A DNA stretch of 64,000 bases. Source: Camelus ferus (taxonomy: Eukaryota). The stretch spans positions 18,044,001 through 18,108,000 of the forward strand of contig NC_045697.1 in assembly GCF_009834535.1 (NCBI RefSeq), written 5' to 3'. The notes beneath the pieces were generated by a model, which was not told the origin of the DNA, searched no databases, and saw only the letters and a list, made by a program, of their open reading frames with translations. Positions 63,066 to 64,000 of this stretch are shown here, piece after piece. The translations under genes and the position numbers were made by a program. How positions within the stretch are numbered: position 1 is the first letter of the stretch; every line of letters begins with the position of its first letter.

Positions 63066-63911
63066 GTTTATTCCTCTGAGAGGAATACATTCATTTTTAG
63101 AAACTGTTCCTGGAATTACTGGTGATCTTATACAGCTTTGCAGGCACTGGCCGCTCCTCTACGATTTAGATTCCTTCCAAGGAGTAGAGCATTTGTTAAC
63201 ACCTTGGCTCTCACCAGAGGGGTAGTTTGTGACCAGAGCGACAGATCCTTAAGGCCAACCTAAGGTGGCTCCTGGTGGCCCATGAATTGCCTCAGGATGT
63301 GATTCTGGAAGGAAAGGAACCCCCAGGCAATAGAGTGCTTCCCCGGAAGGCACAAGGGATTTAGAAGCAGATGACCCAAGGTTCAGGTTTTACTTCTGCC
63401 ATTTTTTAGCCATAGGACTTTGGGAGGTCACGTAACCTTCAAATCTTCAATTTGCTCTGAATTAAGTAGAGTAAGAAATGTTGAGGAGCCCCAATGAGGC
63501 ATGGAGAAAAACCACTGTAAAACTGTGGATAGATGGTAATTCTAAGTCAGTTCTGTGGGGGTCAGCAGATGGAGGCAGCCATCCCCTCGGGGATGCTGGG
63601 GCAGGCTCTCAAGGCTTCCTCAGGAAACCAGTGCATCCTGGGAGATTCTTAACTTGGTTTTGTGTAATGAGCCTTCATCTCCTAGTTCTAAACCCTGATG
63701 ATGGAAATTACCAAAGCAGGAAGAAATCTGACATCCATGGTGCTGCCTGGAAGCCTCGAGCCTCTAGCCAAGGCCAGTTAAGGGACAAGCAAAATGGTTT
63801 GATGGAAAACCATGCCCCACAGAATCAGGGTGTCCATGGAGAGTGGGAGGAGATGATGACCTGAGGTTTCTGAACACACTGCGCCCTGCAAAGATGAACT
63901 CTGGTGGACTG

Positions 63912-63953
63912 ATTTTGGCAAGTGCTGAATATTTTGGCAAGTGCTGAATATTT
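63912..63953. repeat. Perfect 19-bp tandem duplication
   Basis: attttggcaagtgctgaat x2 + attt. Confidence 0.95.
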
Positions 63954-64000
63954 ATGCTAAAGTCTGATTTATTTTTTTAATTCTAAAAATCAGAAATGCT

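Noticed and set aside
63070..63088. Inverted repeat tattcctct-g-agaggaata
   Set aside because: 9-bp arms are expected occasionally by chance in 64 kb, and there is no associated structure

Overview
Mammalian nuclear non-coding DNA, intronic or intergenic. It is most likely from a camelid (camel, alpaca or llama), inferred from four tRNA-Ala-derived Vic-1-like SINEs. I found no credible protein-coding exon, RNA gene or CRISPR array. The supplied ORFs are chance ORFs, repeat-derived ORFs, or decayed LINE-1 remnants. The window is a mosaic of old eutherian repeats (MIR, L2, L3/CR1, MLT1 MaLR LTRs, hAT and mariner fossils), an AT-rich nested LINE-1 block (~25.5-34.4 kb) and repeat-free islands, some with dense transcription-factor motifs. 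Most notable are a near-full-length Charlie5/MER33-type hAT fossil with readable transposase motifs and a nested MER41-like solo LTR (47.8-50.9 kb), a POU-motif cluster (octamer plus exact MORE palindrome, ~21.7-21.9 kb), an 8-copy G-rich minisatellite (~7.0-7.2 kb), two candidate spliced exons and a tail-to-tail L2 hairpin. I cannot support a claim of a novel biological system here. Repeat subfamily names are from recalled consensus sequences, boundaries are approximate, and both need RepeatMasker/Dfam confirmation.
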